Notes under the pieces: model-generated
What the model was told of the DNA's origin: nothing
What the model saw: only the letters and a program-made list of their open reading frames with translations
The model's database searches: none
In this document: one piece after another, positions 1 to 10,361 of the stretch
How positions within the stretch are numbered: the stretch's first letter is position 1
Layout: each line of letters begins with the position of its first letter
Origin: an uncultured delta proteobacterium
Lineage (GTDB): Bacteria; Desulfobacterota; WTBG01; CAIYCZ01; CAIRTM01
Assembly: GCA_963804955.1 (NCBI GenBank)
Contig: CAWDSQ010000020.1
Coordinates: 41,349 to 105,348, forward strand
Direction: 5' to 3'
DNA length: 64,000 nt
Program-made: the position numbers and the translations under genes

Positions 1-750
1 GTATTATCACGGCATAGCCCTGGAGCGTCTCAAACGCAATCATGAGGCGCGGCTGGCATTTTCTGCCGTTGCTCCTGATTCAAAATTTTATGCGCAGGCA
101 CGGCTGCATATGGGGTTTATACTGGATGAAGAAGGTGAAAGAGAGCGTGCGCGCCAGGTTGTTCGTGAAGCAATTGCCACGCAGGGAAGATGATGCCGAC
201 CTCTATCATTTTCTTGCTTCGCTCTATGAAAAAGACTTGAAGATAGACGAAGGCATCGCTGCCCTTAAGGAAGGTCTTGCCGTTGAGCCCGGCAATGAGA
301 ATCTGCTTTTTTATCTTGGTGTTCTGTATGATAAGGCAAAACGCTTCGATGAAAGCATACGCGTCATGCAGGAGGTTCTGCAGAATAACAAGAATAATGC
401 AGAAGCCCTACAACTTTATCGGCTATTCATGGGCTGACAGAGGGATACATCTGGATGAGTCTGAAAAGCTGATTAAAAAAGCCCTCAAGCTGAAGCCTGA
501 GGACGGCTATATCATAGACAGCCTTGGCTGGGTTTATTTTAAGCAGGGCCGAATCGATGAAGCAATAGCTGCGCTTGAAAAAGCGGTGCTTTTAGCGCCC
601 AAGGATGCAATCATTGCAGAGCATCTTGGTTTTGCCTACCTGTCTAACAATCAATTTGAACGGGCCCGGCATATGTTTAAACAGGCTCTTGAACTTGATC
701 CGGCAAAAGAATATTTGAAGGCTAAAATAAATGAAATTTCAAATAAATAG
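1..750 (+). CDS. TPR-repeat protein; 5' end lies outside the window and the reading frame is broken twice (near 185 and 425)
   Basis: Three successive frames read as one continuous TPR-like protein. Frame 2 from nt 2 gives YYHGIALERLKRNHEARLAF..YAQARLHMGFILDEEGE. The tail of ORF 42..437 gives DADLYHFLASLYEKDLKIDEGIAALKEGLAVEPGNENLLFYLGVLYDKAKRFDESI. ORF 277..750 gives NFIGYSWADRG..DGYIIDSLGWVYFKQGRIDEAIAALEKAV..AEHLGFAYL. Confidence 0.7.
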
Positions 751-1537
751 ATCCATATACCTGTTTATTTTATTAGGTTTTTTTGCAGCGGCTGCGCAGT
801 GCTGCCAGCGCGCCAAAAGCCCCTTCCCGTTCTTAAAGATCCTGCCGGCTATTTTCAGGAAAGCTATCAAAAAGTCGCATGCTGTAAACGACGTATCGGG
901 ATATGCAAAGCTCAAAATTTCCACGGACGGGAAAACTTCGACATCACGCAATGTTTTTTTCGTCAGAAGGCCCGACATGATCCGAATCGAAACCCTGGGT
1001 TTTTTGAGCAGGCCGGCCCTGTTTTTTACCGCTGACAGCAAGTCTATGTCCATCTACGCCATTGAAAGCAATGCTTTCTATAGCGGAAAAACCACTGTTG
1101 AAAATTTACAGCGTATAATTGGCATGCGGCTCGAACTCCGGGAAGTCATTCTGTCATTTTTGGGAGAACCGCCTCTTGTCGACTGCACTCGTAAGAAGAT
1201 TACCTGCAGTCAGGATAAAAATCAGTACTATTTTATTATTGCATGTGAAGGAGCAAAACAGCTCATATGGATTGACCCTGCAACAGGCAGTATTACCGGG
1301 TATAAACTTTATGAGAATAAATCACCCGTATACGAATACGCATTCTCCGATTTTCAGAATTTTAACGGCCGTCTTTTCCCTTTAAAAATTAATATTCATC
1401 ACTACACTACTAATACAGATATCACTCTTGAATTTGAGTCGATAAGCTTTGACCCGATTGCCATTGAACGCTTCAACATGAATCTCCCGCCGGGGGCGAC
1501 CTCCATGAGCATTGAAGAGCTTGGCATGCCGCAGTAA
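731..1537 (+). CDS. Putative lipoprotein of unknown function (LolB-like/DUF4292-type is only a guess)
   Basis: 268-aa ORF whose start overlaps the end of the TPR gene. The N-terminus MKFQINRSIYLFILLGFFAAAAQC resembles a lipoprotein signal peptide. I recognise no catalytic motif. Confidence 0.5.
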   Translation: MKFQINRSIYLFILLGFFAAAAQCCQRAKSPFPFLKILPAIFRKAIKKSHAVNDVSGYAKLKISTDGKTSTSRNVFFVRRPDMIRIETLGFLSRPALFFTADSKSMSIYAIESNAFYSGKTTVENLQRIIGMRLELREVILSFLGEPPLVDCTRKKITCSQDKNQYYFIIACEGAKQLIWIDPATGSITGYKLYENKSPVYEYAFSDFQNFNGRLFPLKINIHHYTTNTDITLEFESISFDPIAIERFNMNLPPGATSMSIEELGMPQ

Positions 1538-1680
1538 AGCAGATACAGACCGATGGAGCCTGATTGTTTGCTGCAATCATTTAAAAAGTTTTTGTTATTT
1601 TTTCTTGATATTTTATTTTGGAAATAGTAGCTTTTCAGACATTCAATTTAAAAAAAATCAATTGATATTCGTGCACTGCC

Positions 1681-2052
1681 ATGTCAGCTAAACTGCTCGT
1701 AGTCGACGACGAGGAAAATATACGCTTTCTGTATGAACAGGAACTGCTTGATGAAGGCTATCAGATAGTTCTTGCCCGCGATGGCAAGGAATGTCTGGAG
1801 ATGGTCAAAGAGCATGCTCCTGACCTTATCATTCTGGATATACGCATGCCGCGCATGGACGGCCTTGAAGCAATCGGCAAGATTATTGAAATAAATAAAA
1901 ATATTCCAATTATTATTAATTCGGCATATTCCACGTACAAGGATGATTTTATGAGCTGGGCTGCTGATGCCTATGTGGTTAAGTCCTACGACCTGGATTC
2001 TCTCAAATCCACCATTCGGGAAGTCCTGGAAAAGAAAAAGCATAAAAAATGA
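1681..2052 (+). CDS. Single-domain response regulator (CheY-like receiver)
   Basis: 123 aa with LLVVDDEENIRFLY at the N-terminus and the phospho-acceptor context LIILDIRMPRMDGLE. There is no output domain. The stop overlaps the glgC start (ATGA). Confidence 0.9.
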   Translation: MSAKLLVVDDEENIRFLYEQELLDEGYQIVLARDGKECLEMVKEHAPDLIILDIRMPRMDGLEAIGKIIEINKNIPIIINSAYSTYKDDFMSWAADAYVVKSYDLDSLKSTIREVLEKKKHKK

Positions 2053-3266
2053 AAAAAATTCTGGCCATGATTCTCGCGGGCGGCAAGGGCGAAAGGCTCT
2101 ATCCGCTGACACGCGACCGCGCAAAACCATCGGTGCCTTTTGGCGGCGCCTACCGTATCATAGATTTCACCATAAGCAACTGCATCAACTCTGATATCAG
2201 AAAAATCTATATAATGACCCAGTATAAGTCCCTGTCCCTTGACCGTCACATACAGCGGGCATGGAACGCTCTCAATGGCCGCTTTGGCGAATTCGTTTAC
2301 ATCATTCACGCGCAGCAGCGCGTCAATGAAAACTGGTATAAGGGAACCGCGGATGCCATCTACCAGAATTTTTATACCCTGCAGCAGGAAAAGCCCGATC
2401 TTGTCATGGTGCTGTCCGGCGACCATATCTACAAAATGGATTATCGCGAAATGGTTGAGCAGCATATACGCAAGAAGGCCGACCTGACCATCGCCACCAT
2501 GGAGATGGACAAGCAGTTTTCCAAAGAATTCGGCGTTGTGCAGACGACCAAAACGGGCCAGGTAAAAGGTTTTCAGGAAAAGCCGGTAAAGCCGACAACT
2601 GTTCCCGGCAAACCGGATTCAATACTGATCAATATGGGGATTTATATTTTCAATACCGATGTGCTGGTCAAGCGCCTGATTGAAAATGCCCGCAAACCTG
2701 ATTCGCAGCATGACTTCGGAAAAAATGTGATTCCCGCCATGCTGAAAACAGACCGCGTGTTTACCTATTCTTTCTGCGACCGCGATACACGGCAGGCCGG
2801 CTACTGGCGCGATGTGGGAACTATAGAGGCCTACTATGAAGCGAACATGGATTTGCTGGAAGAACGCCCGCAGTCAAATCTTTTCGACAACAGCTGGCCC
2901 ATCTTCAGCTCGGAGAAGCAGTCGGCACAGGCAAAGGTGTGCGGCTTTGAACAGAAGGACGGCCAGCTGTACGGCGTGATGATCAATTCCATCATATCGC
3001 GGGGCTGCCTTATTAACCGGGCTCATGTCGAGCATTCAATTCTGTCTCCCAATATTCACGTTGGCGAATACTCGGAAATACATGACTCGATACTGCTGGA
3101 TAATGTGAGAATCGGAAAAAACTGCAGAATCAGGCGCGCCATCATCGATAAGGGCGTTAAAATCAGCGACGGCACGGAAATCGGCTTTAACCCGAAAAAG
3201 GACGCACAGAAGGGCACGATTTCTGATGCAGGCATCGTGGTAATACCAAAAAACACCGTATTCTGA
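2049..3266 (+). CDS. glgC: Glucose-1-phosphate adenylyltransferase (ADP-glucose pyrophosphorylase)
   Basis: 405 aa. The N-terminus reads AMILAGGKGERLYPLTRDRAKPSVPFGGAYRIIDFTISNCINS, followed by YKGTADAIYQN. The C-terminus has a hexapeptide-repeat-like region (ILSPNIHVGEYSEIHDSILLDNVRIGKNCRIRRAIIDKGV). Confidence 0.93.
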   Translation: MKKILAMILAGGKGERLYPLTRDRAKPSVPFGGAYRIIDFTISNCINSDIRKIYIMTQYKSLSLDRHIQRAWNALNGRFGEFVYIIHAQQRVNENWYKGTADAIYQNFYTLQQEKPDLVMVLSGDHIYKMDYREMVEQHIRKKADLTIATMEMDKQFSKEFGVVQTTKTGQVKGFQEKPVKPTTVPGKPDSILINMGIYIFNTDVLVKRLIENARKPDSQHDFGKNVIPAMLKTDRVFTYSFCDRDTRQAGYWRDVGTIEAYYEANMDLLEERPQSNLFDNSWPIFSSEKQSAQAKVCGFEQKDGQLYGVMINSIISRGCLINRAHVEHSILSPNIHVGEYSEIHDSILLDNVRIGKNCRIRRAIIDKGVKISDGTEIGFNPKKDAQKGTISDAGIVVIPKNTVF

Positions 3267-3312
3267 TGAGACGCCCCCTGGGGAGCAATTGTTCCTGCTT
3301 GTACCACGCACA

Positions 3313-3340
3313 GGCTGCGGTATTCAATTCCACCGCAGCC
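3313..3340. terminator. Hairpin between convergent glgC and the SPFH gene (possible bidirectional terminator, no clear U-tract)
   Basis: ggctgcggt (3313-3321) pairs perfectly with accgcagcc (3332-3340) around a 10-nt loop. Confidence 0.3.
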
Positions 3341-3354
3341 GCACTCATTCCGCC

Positions 3355-4110
3355 CTATGCATCTTTTTTATCAGCCAGCTGCAGAAACGGTTTTATAAGC
3401 TCCATGGGCAGGGGGAAAATGGTGGTCGAGTTGTTTTCCGTAGCAACCTCCGTCAGGGTCTGAAGGTATCTGAGCTGGAGAGCCACAGGGTTTGACATGA
3501 CCACAGCGGCCTCAGCAAGTTTTACCGCAGCCTGGGCTTCGCCTTCGGCATGAATGACCTTGGCCCGGCGCTCGCGCTCGGCCTCGGCCTGCTTAGCCAT
3601 GGCTCGCTTCATCTCATCGGGCAGATCTATATGCTTGATTTCCACATTGGTGACCTTGATGCCCCAGGGATCGGTCCTCCGGTCAAGTATTTCCTGCAGC
3701 TTCATATTGAGCTTTTCCCGTTCAGACAGCAGATCATCAAGCTCAGCCTCTCCACAGACGCTGCGAAGCGTTGTTTGCGCAAGCTGTGATGTTGCATACA
3801 GAAAGTTTTCAACTTCCACAATAGCCTTCTCCGGAATCACCACTCTGAAATACACAACGGCGTTTACTTTCACCGAGACATTGTCTTTCGTAATGATATC
3901 CTGAGGGGGCACATCAAGGGTGACGAGCCGAAGGCTCACTTTCTGCATCTTGTCGACAACCGGAATAAGAATTATCAGTCCGGGACCCTTGCTTCCTATG
4001 AGGCGGCCAAGGCGGAAAATAACGCCCCGCTCATATTCATTGAGAATTTTTATGGCGCTTGCCAGAAACATAACCACCAGCACGATGATAAAAAAAGTCA
4101 TATTGAACAT
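3355..4110 (-). CDS. SPFH/band-7 (stomatin/QmcA-like) membrane protein
   Basis: 251 aa. An N-terminal TM helix is followed by [18 protein letters not shown] and a charged coiled-coil tail [24 protein letters not shown]. It sits immediately downstream of an NfeD gene, the classical pairing. Confidence 0.9.
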   Translation of the reverse strand: MFNMTFFIIVLVVMFLASAIKILNEYERGVIFRLGRLIGSKGPGLIILIPVVDKMQKVSLRLVTLDVPPQDIITKDNVSVKVNAVVYFRVVIPEKAIVEVENFLYATSQLAQTTLRSVCGEAELDDLLSEREKLNMKLQEILDRRTDPWGIKVTNVEIKHIDLPDEMKRAMAKQAEAERERRAKVIHAEGEAQAAVKLAEAAVVMSNPVALQLRYLQTLTEVATENNSTTIFPLPMELIKPFLQLADKKDA

Positions 4111-4125
4111 GATGCCTCCTTTTGC

Positions 4126-5439
4126 TTATTCAGGGTTTATGTGTTCAGGCAGCGGCATAACGGTCAGATTCATGCCGTCCACCCGTGTGATTATTGCCTG
4201 TTCTCCCTTTCTGAGCGGCATAGTGCTTTGCGCGTTCCAGTACTCACCATGCACGAAAACCTTGCCCTGCGGGTTGATTGCGACCATGACTTCGCAGGGT
4301 GTGCCGATAAGGCCCTGAAGACCGGTCTGCGTCTTGCGGCGCTGTGCTTTAACCACAAGTCCGACAACTATGACAAAAAAAGCCCATATGAGCAGAGACG
4401 AGGAAATGATGACGCTCCATGAAATGCGCAGATAGGGCACGGATGAGTCAAACAGCATGAGAGAGCCGAGCACCACGGCGATTATCCCGCCTATGGACAG
4501 CAGGCCGTAGCTCGTCACCTTGATCTCGGCTATGAAGAGAATGACGCCCAGTAGTATGAGCAGAAGCCCCGCATAATTAGCCGACAGTGTCTGCAATGAA
4601 TAAAAGGCAAGCAGAAGAGAGATACCGCCAAGCGCGCCGGGCAGTATGGCCCCGGGGGTTGACAGTTCAAAATAAAGGCCTGCAAGGCCGATGAGCAGCA
4701 GGATATACGCAATAGTCGGATCGGCAAGGGATTTCAGAACAATTTCACGAATGCCCATTGCCCGTTCAGTCAGCTGCGCATTTTTTGTTTTAAGCCTGCG
4801 CGGGCCTGCCGGCGTTTCAACCTCGCGTCCGTCGATGGCGGCAACCAGAGCCCGCGTGTCGGTTGCAATAAGATCGATGACATGCTCTTTGAGAGCGTCC
4901 GTTTCACTGGCGGACAGGCTTTCGCGGACGGCTTTGACTGCCCATTGCTTATTGCGCTTGCGTTTTTCAGCAATGCTTTCAGCATACGCCGCCGAGTCAT
5001 TTTCTGCCTTTGAAGACATTTCCTTATTCTGCTCACCAAAGCCGATACTGACCGGATGTGCTGCGCCGATATTTGTGCCGGGCGACATGGCTGCCACATG
5101 AGCTGCAAGGGTTATTATGGCTCCGGCCGACGCTGCCCGAGCCCCTGATGGGGTAACGTAGACAATGACCGGCACTTCCGATGAGAGTATTTTTTTTATT
5201 ATGTCCCGCATGGCAAGATCAAGACCGCCGGGCGTATCAAGCTGCACTACCAGGCATTCCGCCCGCGACTTTTCGGCAGCTGTTATTTCACGAATAATAT
5301 ACTCTGATATGACCGGCGTAATAGGATCGTTGATGGTAAGCACAACGATTTCAGAGCAGTATGCCGGTGCCGGGCGCCCGGCGAACAAGGCGCATACAAT
5401 CAGCAGCCAGAGCAAAAGGGGTGAATAGTGGCGGGCCAT
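4126..5439 (-). CDS. NfeD-family membrane-bound ClpP-class serine protease
   Basis: 437 aa. It has a signal/TM segment, a ClpP-like domain (DTPGGLDLAMRDIIKKI..ARAASAGAIITLAAHVAAMSPGTNIGAAHPV), several TM helices and a C-terminal NfeD OB-fold tail (GKVFVHGEYWNA..GEQAIITRVDGMNLTV). Confidence 0.88.
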   Translation of the reverse strand: MARHYSPLLLWLLIVCALFAGRPAPAYCSEIVVLTINDPITPVISEYIIREITAAEKSRAECLVVQLDTPGGLDLAMRDIIKKILSSEVPVIVYVTPSGARAASAGAIITLAAHVAAMSPGTNIGAAHPVSIGFGEQNKEMSSKAENDSAAYAESIAEKRKRNKQWAVKAVRESLSASETDALKEHVIDLIATDTRALVAAIDGREVETPAGPRRLKTKNAQLTERAMGIREIVLKSLADPTIAYILLLIGLAGLYFELSTPGAILPGALGGISLLLAFYSLQTLSANYAGLLLILLGVILFIAEIKVTSYGLLSIGGIIAVVLGSLMLFDSSVPYLRISWSVIISSSLLIWAFFVIVVGLVVKAQRRKTQTGLQGLIGTPCEVMVAINPQGKVFVHGEYWNAQSTMPLRKGEQAIITRVDGMNLTVMPLPEHINPE

Positions 5440-5629
5440 AGCAACTCCTTGTACAAAACTAATTTCATTTGAAACTGATTACCATCAGGACAAGCCACAG
5501 TACAAGTAAAATCGCACCTGTCTGCACGAGACTTTCTCTGCCGGCATCCGGAAAAAACATGCTAAAAATCGCTTGACTTATGAGCGCAACTGCCTTAAGT
5601 ATAAGAACTCTTTTGCAGCCAATACCGGT

Positions 5630-5705
<76 letters not shown>

Positions 5706-5821
5706 TTTTTTTGTCTTCAAATAATCCGGCCAGATATCCAAAATACCCCTCCTGTAAGTATAGCGGTTTTTTTTTGGAAACAAGGCAGGAAAAACGTAAT
5801 AAATCAGGAAAGATGCGTCAT

Positions 5822-7124
5822 ATGTCAAATGTTGTCATCATTGGGACCCAGTGGGGTGATGAGGGCAAAGGCAAGATCGTTGATCTGCTGACCGAGCATG
5901 CCGACGTCATCGTTCGCTTTCAGGGCGGCCCGAATGCCGGCCACACCGTCGTTGTGGGCGATAAAAAGACCATCCTGCATCAGGTACCCTCAGGAATACT
6001 TCATCAGGGCAAGCAGTGCGTGATCGGCAACGGCGTTGTTCTGGACGCCGAATCACTCATCAAAGAGATTGATGAAGTGAAAGCACAGGGGTATTTTTCG
6101 GATGATTCCGTGCTGCATATCAGCGAAAACGCTCATCTGATAATGCCCTATCACAAGCTTATCGATGTTGCCCGCGAGAAGATGAAAGGCGAGGGCAAAA
6201 TCGGCACTACCGGACGCGGCATAGGCCCTGCCTATGAAGATAAGGTCGGCCGCAACGGCATACGGCTTGCCGATATTTTCAATGATGAGGTCTTTCTTGC
6301 CAAGCTCAATCAGAACCTTAAAGAGAAAAATTTTTATCTGAAAAATTATCTGGGCGAGGCTGAGATAAGCTGCGATGCTATTTTCCCTGTTTTTACAGCC
6401 TTTCGCAAACGGCTCAGCAGCTATGTCGGCAATGCAGCTCTTTTTCTGCATGATGCGCTGGCTGCCCGCAAAAAGGTTCTTTTTGAAGGGGCTCAGGGCG
6501 CCATGCTCGACGTCGATCACGGCACCTATCCTTTTGTTACTTCATCAAATACGGCTTCTGCAAATGCCGCCATCGGCAGCGGGGTAGGGCCCCGTCATCT
6601 TGATGTAATTGTGGGTATTGTCAAAGCCTATACCACGCGCGTCGGTGAAGGCCCGTTTCCAACCGAACAGGAGAACGACCTTGGCGAGAAGCTTCGCGAC
6701 AAAGGAGATGAATACGGTGCAACGACAGGCCGGCCGCGGCGCTGCGGCTGGCTTGATCTTGCAGTGGTTCAGCATGCCATTCGCATGAACAGCATCACGC
6801 CATCTGCTGATTACCAAGCTTGATGTTCTCAGCGGCCTGAAAACGATCAAAGTCTGCACCGGCTATACCTGTGATGGCAGAACTATCGCCGGTTTTCCGT
6901 CTGATCTTGCCGTGCTTGAAAAATGCACACCGGTCTATGATGAACTTGAAGGCTGGGAGGATGATTTGACCGGTGTTACCCGCTATGAGCAGCTTCCCGA
7001 GGCTGCAAAACGGTATATAAGCTATATCGAGCAGAAGACTGAAACTCCCATAAGCATGGTATCCGTGGGGTACAGGCGTGATCAGATCATTACACTGATC
7101 GACCCGTTTTCTGTCACCAATTGA
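5822..7124 (+). CDS. purA: Adenylosuccinate synthetase; one frame break near 6795-6805
   Basis: Begins MSNVVIIGTQWGDEGKGKIVDLL (ATG 5822, about 10 nt after AGGAAAG). It continues with GGPNAGHT and TTGRGIGPAYEDK. After ..AIRMNSIT the text continues in the next frame as LITKLDVLSGLKTIKVCTGY..PVYDELEGWEDD.. to the stop at 7124. The long 5' extension of ORF 5573..6823 runs across the tRNA and is not real. Confidence 0.9.
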
Positions 7125-7182
7125 TTTTACAATTGTAAATCAAGACCATTTTTTGTTATAAGAATAAATTACAAGATTATAT

Positions 7183-7258
7183 GAGTCGCTAGCTCAGTTG
7201 GTAGAGCACCGGACTTTTAATCCGTAGGTCCCGGGTCCGAGTCCCGGGCGACTCACCA
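7183..7258 (+). tRNA. tRNA-Lys (anticodon UUU)
   Basis: 76 nt. Acceptor stem GAGTCGC/GCGACTC, anticodon loop CTTTTAA, T-arm GGTCCGAGTCC, encoded CCA end. Confidence 0.95.
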
Positions 7259-7266
7259 TATACATG

Positions 7267-7302
7267 AAGCACTTAGCCGATACCAGGTTAAGTGCTTTTT
7301 TT
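7267..7302 (+). terminator. Rho-independent terminator after tRNA-Lys
   Basis: aagcactta pairs with taagtgctt (9 bp) around a 13-nt loop, followed by T7. Confidence 0.65.
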
Positions 7303-7725
7303 GTGGCCGCCATGAGATGCTCAAAACTAAAAACGGCTGCTTGCCCACAGGTATACATCCATTGATTGTAAAGCAAATTCAGCCTTTGGGCAGTTTGCAC
7401 ATTGGTTATAACAGCCTACCGCTTAAACTTTTCAATTCCTTACAGACACCGTCAGCGTATCAAATACCAGTTTGATGCTTTTTGTACCGGTGCCGCATAC
7501 AGGTATATGGAGCGTATTATATTTTTTACTCAATTCCATGCTTGTATATGTTTCTTGAGCACCACATAAAGAACCGGCAATTATATTTTTTTAAATTTTG
7601 AAAATTATTCTTGTCAAACTCCAAAATAGGATTAAAATACGAAGATTTTGTGATATCTGCCTGCGAATGTAACATCAGGCTGAATAGGAATTGTAACCCT
7701 TAAAGCTTCATCTGGAGAGAAGAGA

Positions 7726-10361
7726 ATGAAGATTCGTTCCGTGCGGGCTTTGCGTGGGCCTAATATATGGGCAAATTTTACTGTTCTTGAAGTTCTTGTT
7801 GACCTTGAGGAATTCAAGGACAGTCCGTCCAGTATGATTCCCGGATTCAATCAAAGAGTCATGGAAGGCCTCCCCTCGCTTATCGAGCACCGTTGCGGCC
7901 GTGGTGTGCGCGGCGGATTTTTTCAGCGCCTTGAAGAGGGAACCTATCTCGGCCATGTGCTTGAGCATGTAACCCTTGAGCTGCAGACTCTTGCGGGAAC
8001 CGATGTCGGATACGGCAAAGCACGCGAAACTGATGAGGGTGGCGTCTACAAAGTTGCCATTGAGTATGAAAATGAACGCCTGGCACGTGAGTGCCTTGCC
8101 GTTGCCTGGGATTTTTGTCTGTCTGCTGTTCACAATACGCAGTTTGATTGTGCGGGTCACATAGCCCGTCTCAAAGATCTTGCCGGCGATGTCTGTCTTG
8201 GCCCCAGCACCAGGGCAATTGTCGATGCCGCGCGCGAGAGGGGCATTCCTGTCCGGCGCCTCAATGACGCAAGCCTCGTGCAGTTCGGCTTTGGCGCAAA
8301 GCAGCGCCGCATCATGGCCGCAGAAACAGACCGCACGGGAGCTATAGCAGAAGAAATAGCCCAGGATAAAGAGCTGACAAAAATGATACTCAAGTCAGCC
8401 GGTGTGCCGGTACCCTACGGCAGCATTGTTCACAGCCGGGATGATGCATGGGCTGAGGCGCAGGACATAGGCTTTCCGGTGACTGTCAAGCCGGCTGACG
8501 GCAATCAGGGCAGGGGTGTTGCTGTAAATTTAAGCACGCGAAGAACAGGTTAAAGCTGCCTATGATGCAGCTTCGAAAGAAAGCAGGGACGTGCTGGTGG
8601 AAGAGAATGTGCGGGGCAGGGATTTTCGTTTCCTTGTGGTTGGCAGCCATCTTGTTGCAGCAGCATGCCGCATACCGGCCCAGGTTGCAGGCGACGGCAT
8701 TCATACGGTTGCTGAACTGGTTGCGCAGGAAAACACCAATCCACGCCGCGGTGACCACCATGCCCTTACCCTCAGCAAAATACCCCTTGATACGGTCTCC
8801 CTTGCCGTTCTCAAAGCCCAGGGCCTCACGCCCGACTCAGTGCCGCCTGAAGGGGCAAGCGTGCTTATCCGCCGAAACGCGAATCTGAGCACAGGCGGAA
8901 CAGCCATTGATGTTACCGATTCCGTCCACCCTCTGAATGCCTCCTTTGCCGTCGGCGCAGCCAAGTGTGTGGGGCTTGATATTGCGGGTGTTGATATTGT
9001 TGCTGAGGATATAAGCATCCCCCTTGATGAGCAGGGAGGCAAAGTGATCGAAGTAAACGCAGCACCCGGGCTGCGCATGCATATAGCGCCGTCTGAAGGT
9101 CAGAGCCAGCCTGTGGGAAAAGCGATAGTTGATATGCTTTTTCCTGAGGGAGAAACAGGCCGCATACCGCTTGTGGCCGTAACCGGTGTCAACGGCAAAA
9201 CCACAACGACCCGATTTATAGCCCATATTTTGAAAAGCGCGGGCTTTCAGGCCGGCATGGTCTGCAGCGACGGCATTTATGTTGATGGCAGGCGCATCGA
9301 AAAAGGGGATTGCAGCGGCCCTCAGAGCGCCAAAAGCCTGCTTCTGAACCCCTTTATTGATGCAGCAGTGCTGGAAACCGCGCGGGGCGGCATTATCCGT
9401 GAAGGTCTCGGCTTTGACAGGTGCGATGTCGCCGTTGTCACTAATATCGAAGGCGGCGATCATCTGGATCAGAATGATATCAATACCCTTGACAAGCTGG
9501 CGGTGGTGAAGCGCACTGTTGTTGAATCTGTTTCAAAGCACGGCACAGCCGTTCTCAACGCGCAGGATCCCCTTGTCGCTGATATGGCGGAGCATTGCCG
9601 GGGGTCGGTCTGTTTCTTTGCCTTAAACGGCGACAACCCTGTTGTCAGAAGAGCACTGCGCCAAAGGCGGCAGGGCACTGTTTGTCCGCGATCACATGAT
9701 CATCCTTGCCGATGGGGCACAGGAGGTTCACTTTGCCATGCTTGACATGATACCTTTGACCCACCGGGGCACGATACGGTTTCAGGTTGAGAACGTGCTT
9801 GCGTCAATCGGCGCCGCCTGGGCCCTCGGGCTGCCGTTTGAGAAAATACTGACGGCAGCCGAAACATTTATTGCCAATTTCATCAATCTTCCGGGCAGGT
9901 TCAATGTCGTAAGCAGAAACGGCTCAACCATCATCGTCGATTACGGCCATAATCCTTCATCCCTTGAAGCAATTATCGCGGCACTGGACAATTACGACCA
10001 TAAGCGGCGCGTGGCCATCTATTCTACAGCCGGAGACCGCCGCGACTGCGATATCATCCTGCAGGGAAAGCTGCTGGGCGAGGCCTTTGACTCTGTTATC
10101 CTGTATGAGGACCATTATTTGCGGGGGCGGCAGAAAGGTGACATCATACGGCTGTTCAGGCAGGGTCTTGCGGGGTCACCCCGGACCAAGGAAGTCAGTG
10201 AAATATTCGGTTCGCTTAATGCCATCGATGCCGCCATGAGCACTCTTGCCACAGGAAGCCTGCTGCTCATACAGGCCGATGAAGTTGATGAAACAGTCGA
10301 TTATATGCGCAAGTACTTTCCTTTTGAAATACCGCTGCCGGCAGCAGCGGCACATGCCTGA
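7726..10361 (+). CDS. cphA: Cyanophycin synthetase; two frame breaks (near 8535 and 9650)
   Basis: ORFs 7726..8553, 8591..9745 and 9642..10361 lie in frames 1, 2 and 0 and read as one protein. The N-terminus is MKIRSVRALRGPNIWA. An ATP-grasp part follows (FPVTVKPADGNQGRGV, GGTAIDVTD), then the Mur-ligase P-loop VTGVNGKTTTTRF and C-terminal VDYGHNPSSLEA. The RBS is GGAGAGAAGAGAATG. Confidence 0.9.

Noticed and set aside
7183-7725. tRNA-Lys as an integration site for a genomic island.
   Set aside because: No integrase gene follows, and I saw no direct repeat of the tRNA 3' end downstream. The next genes (cphA and onward) look chromosomal.
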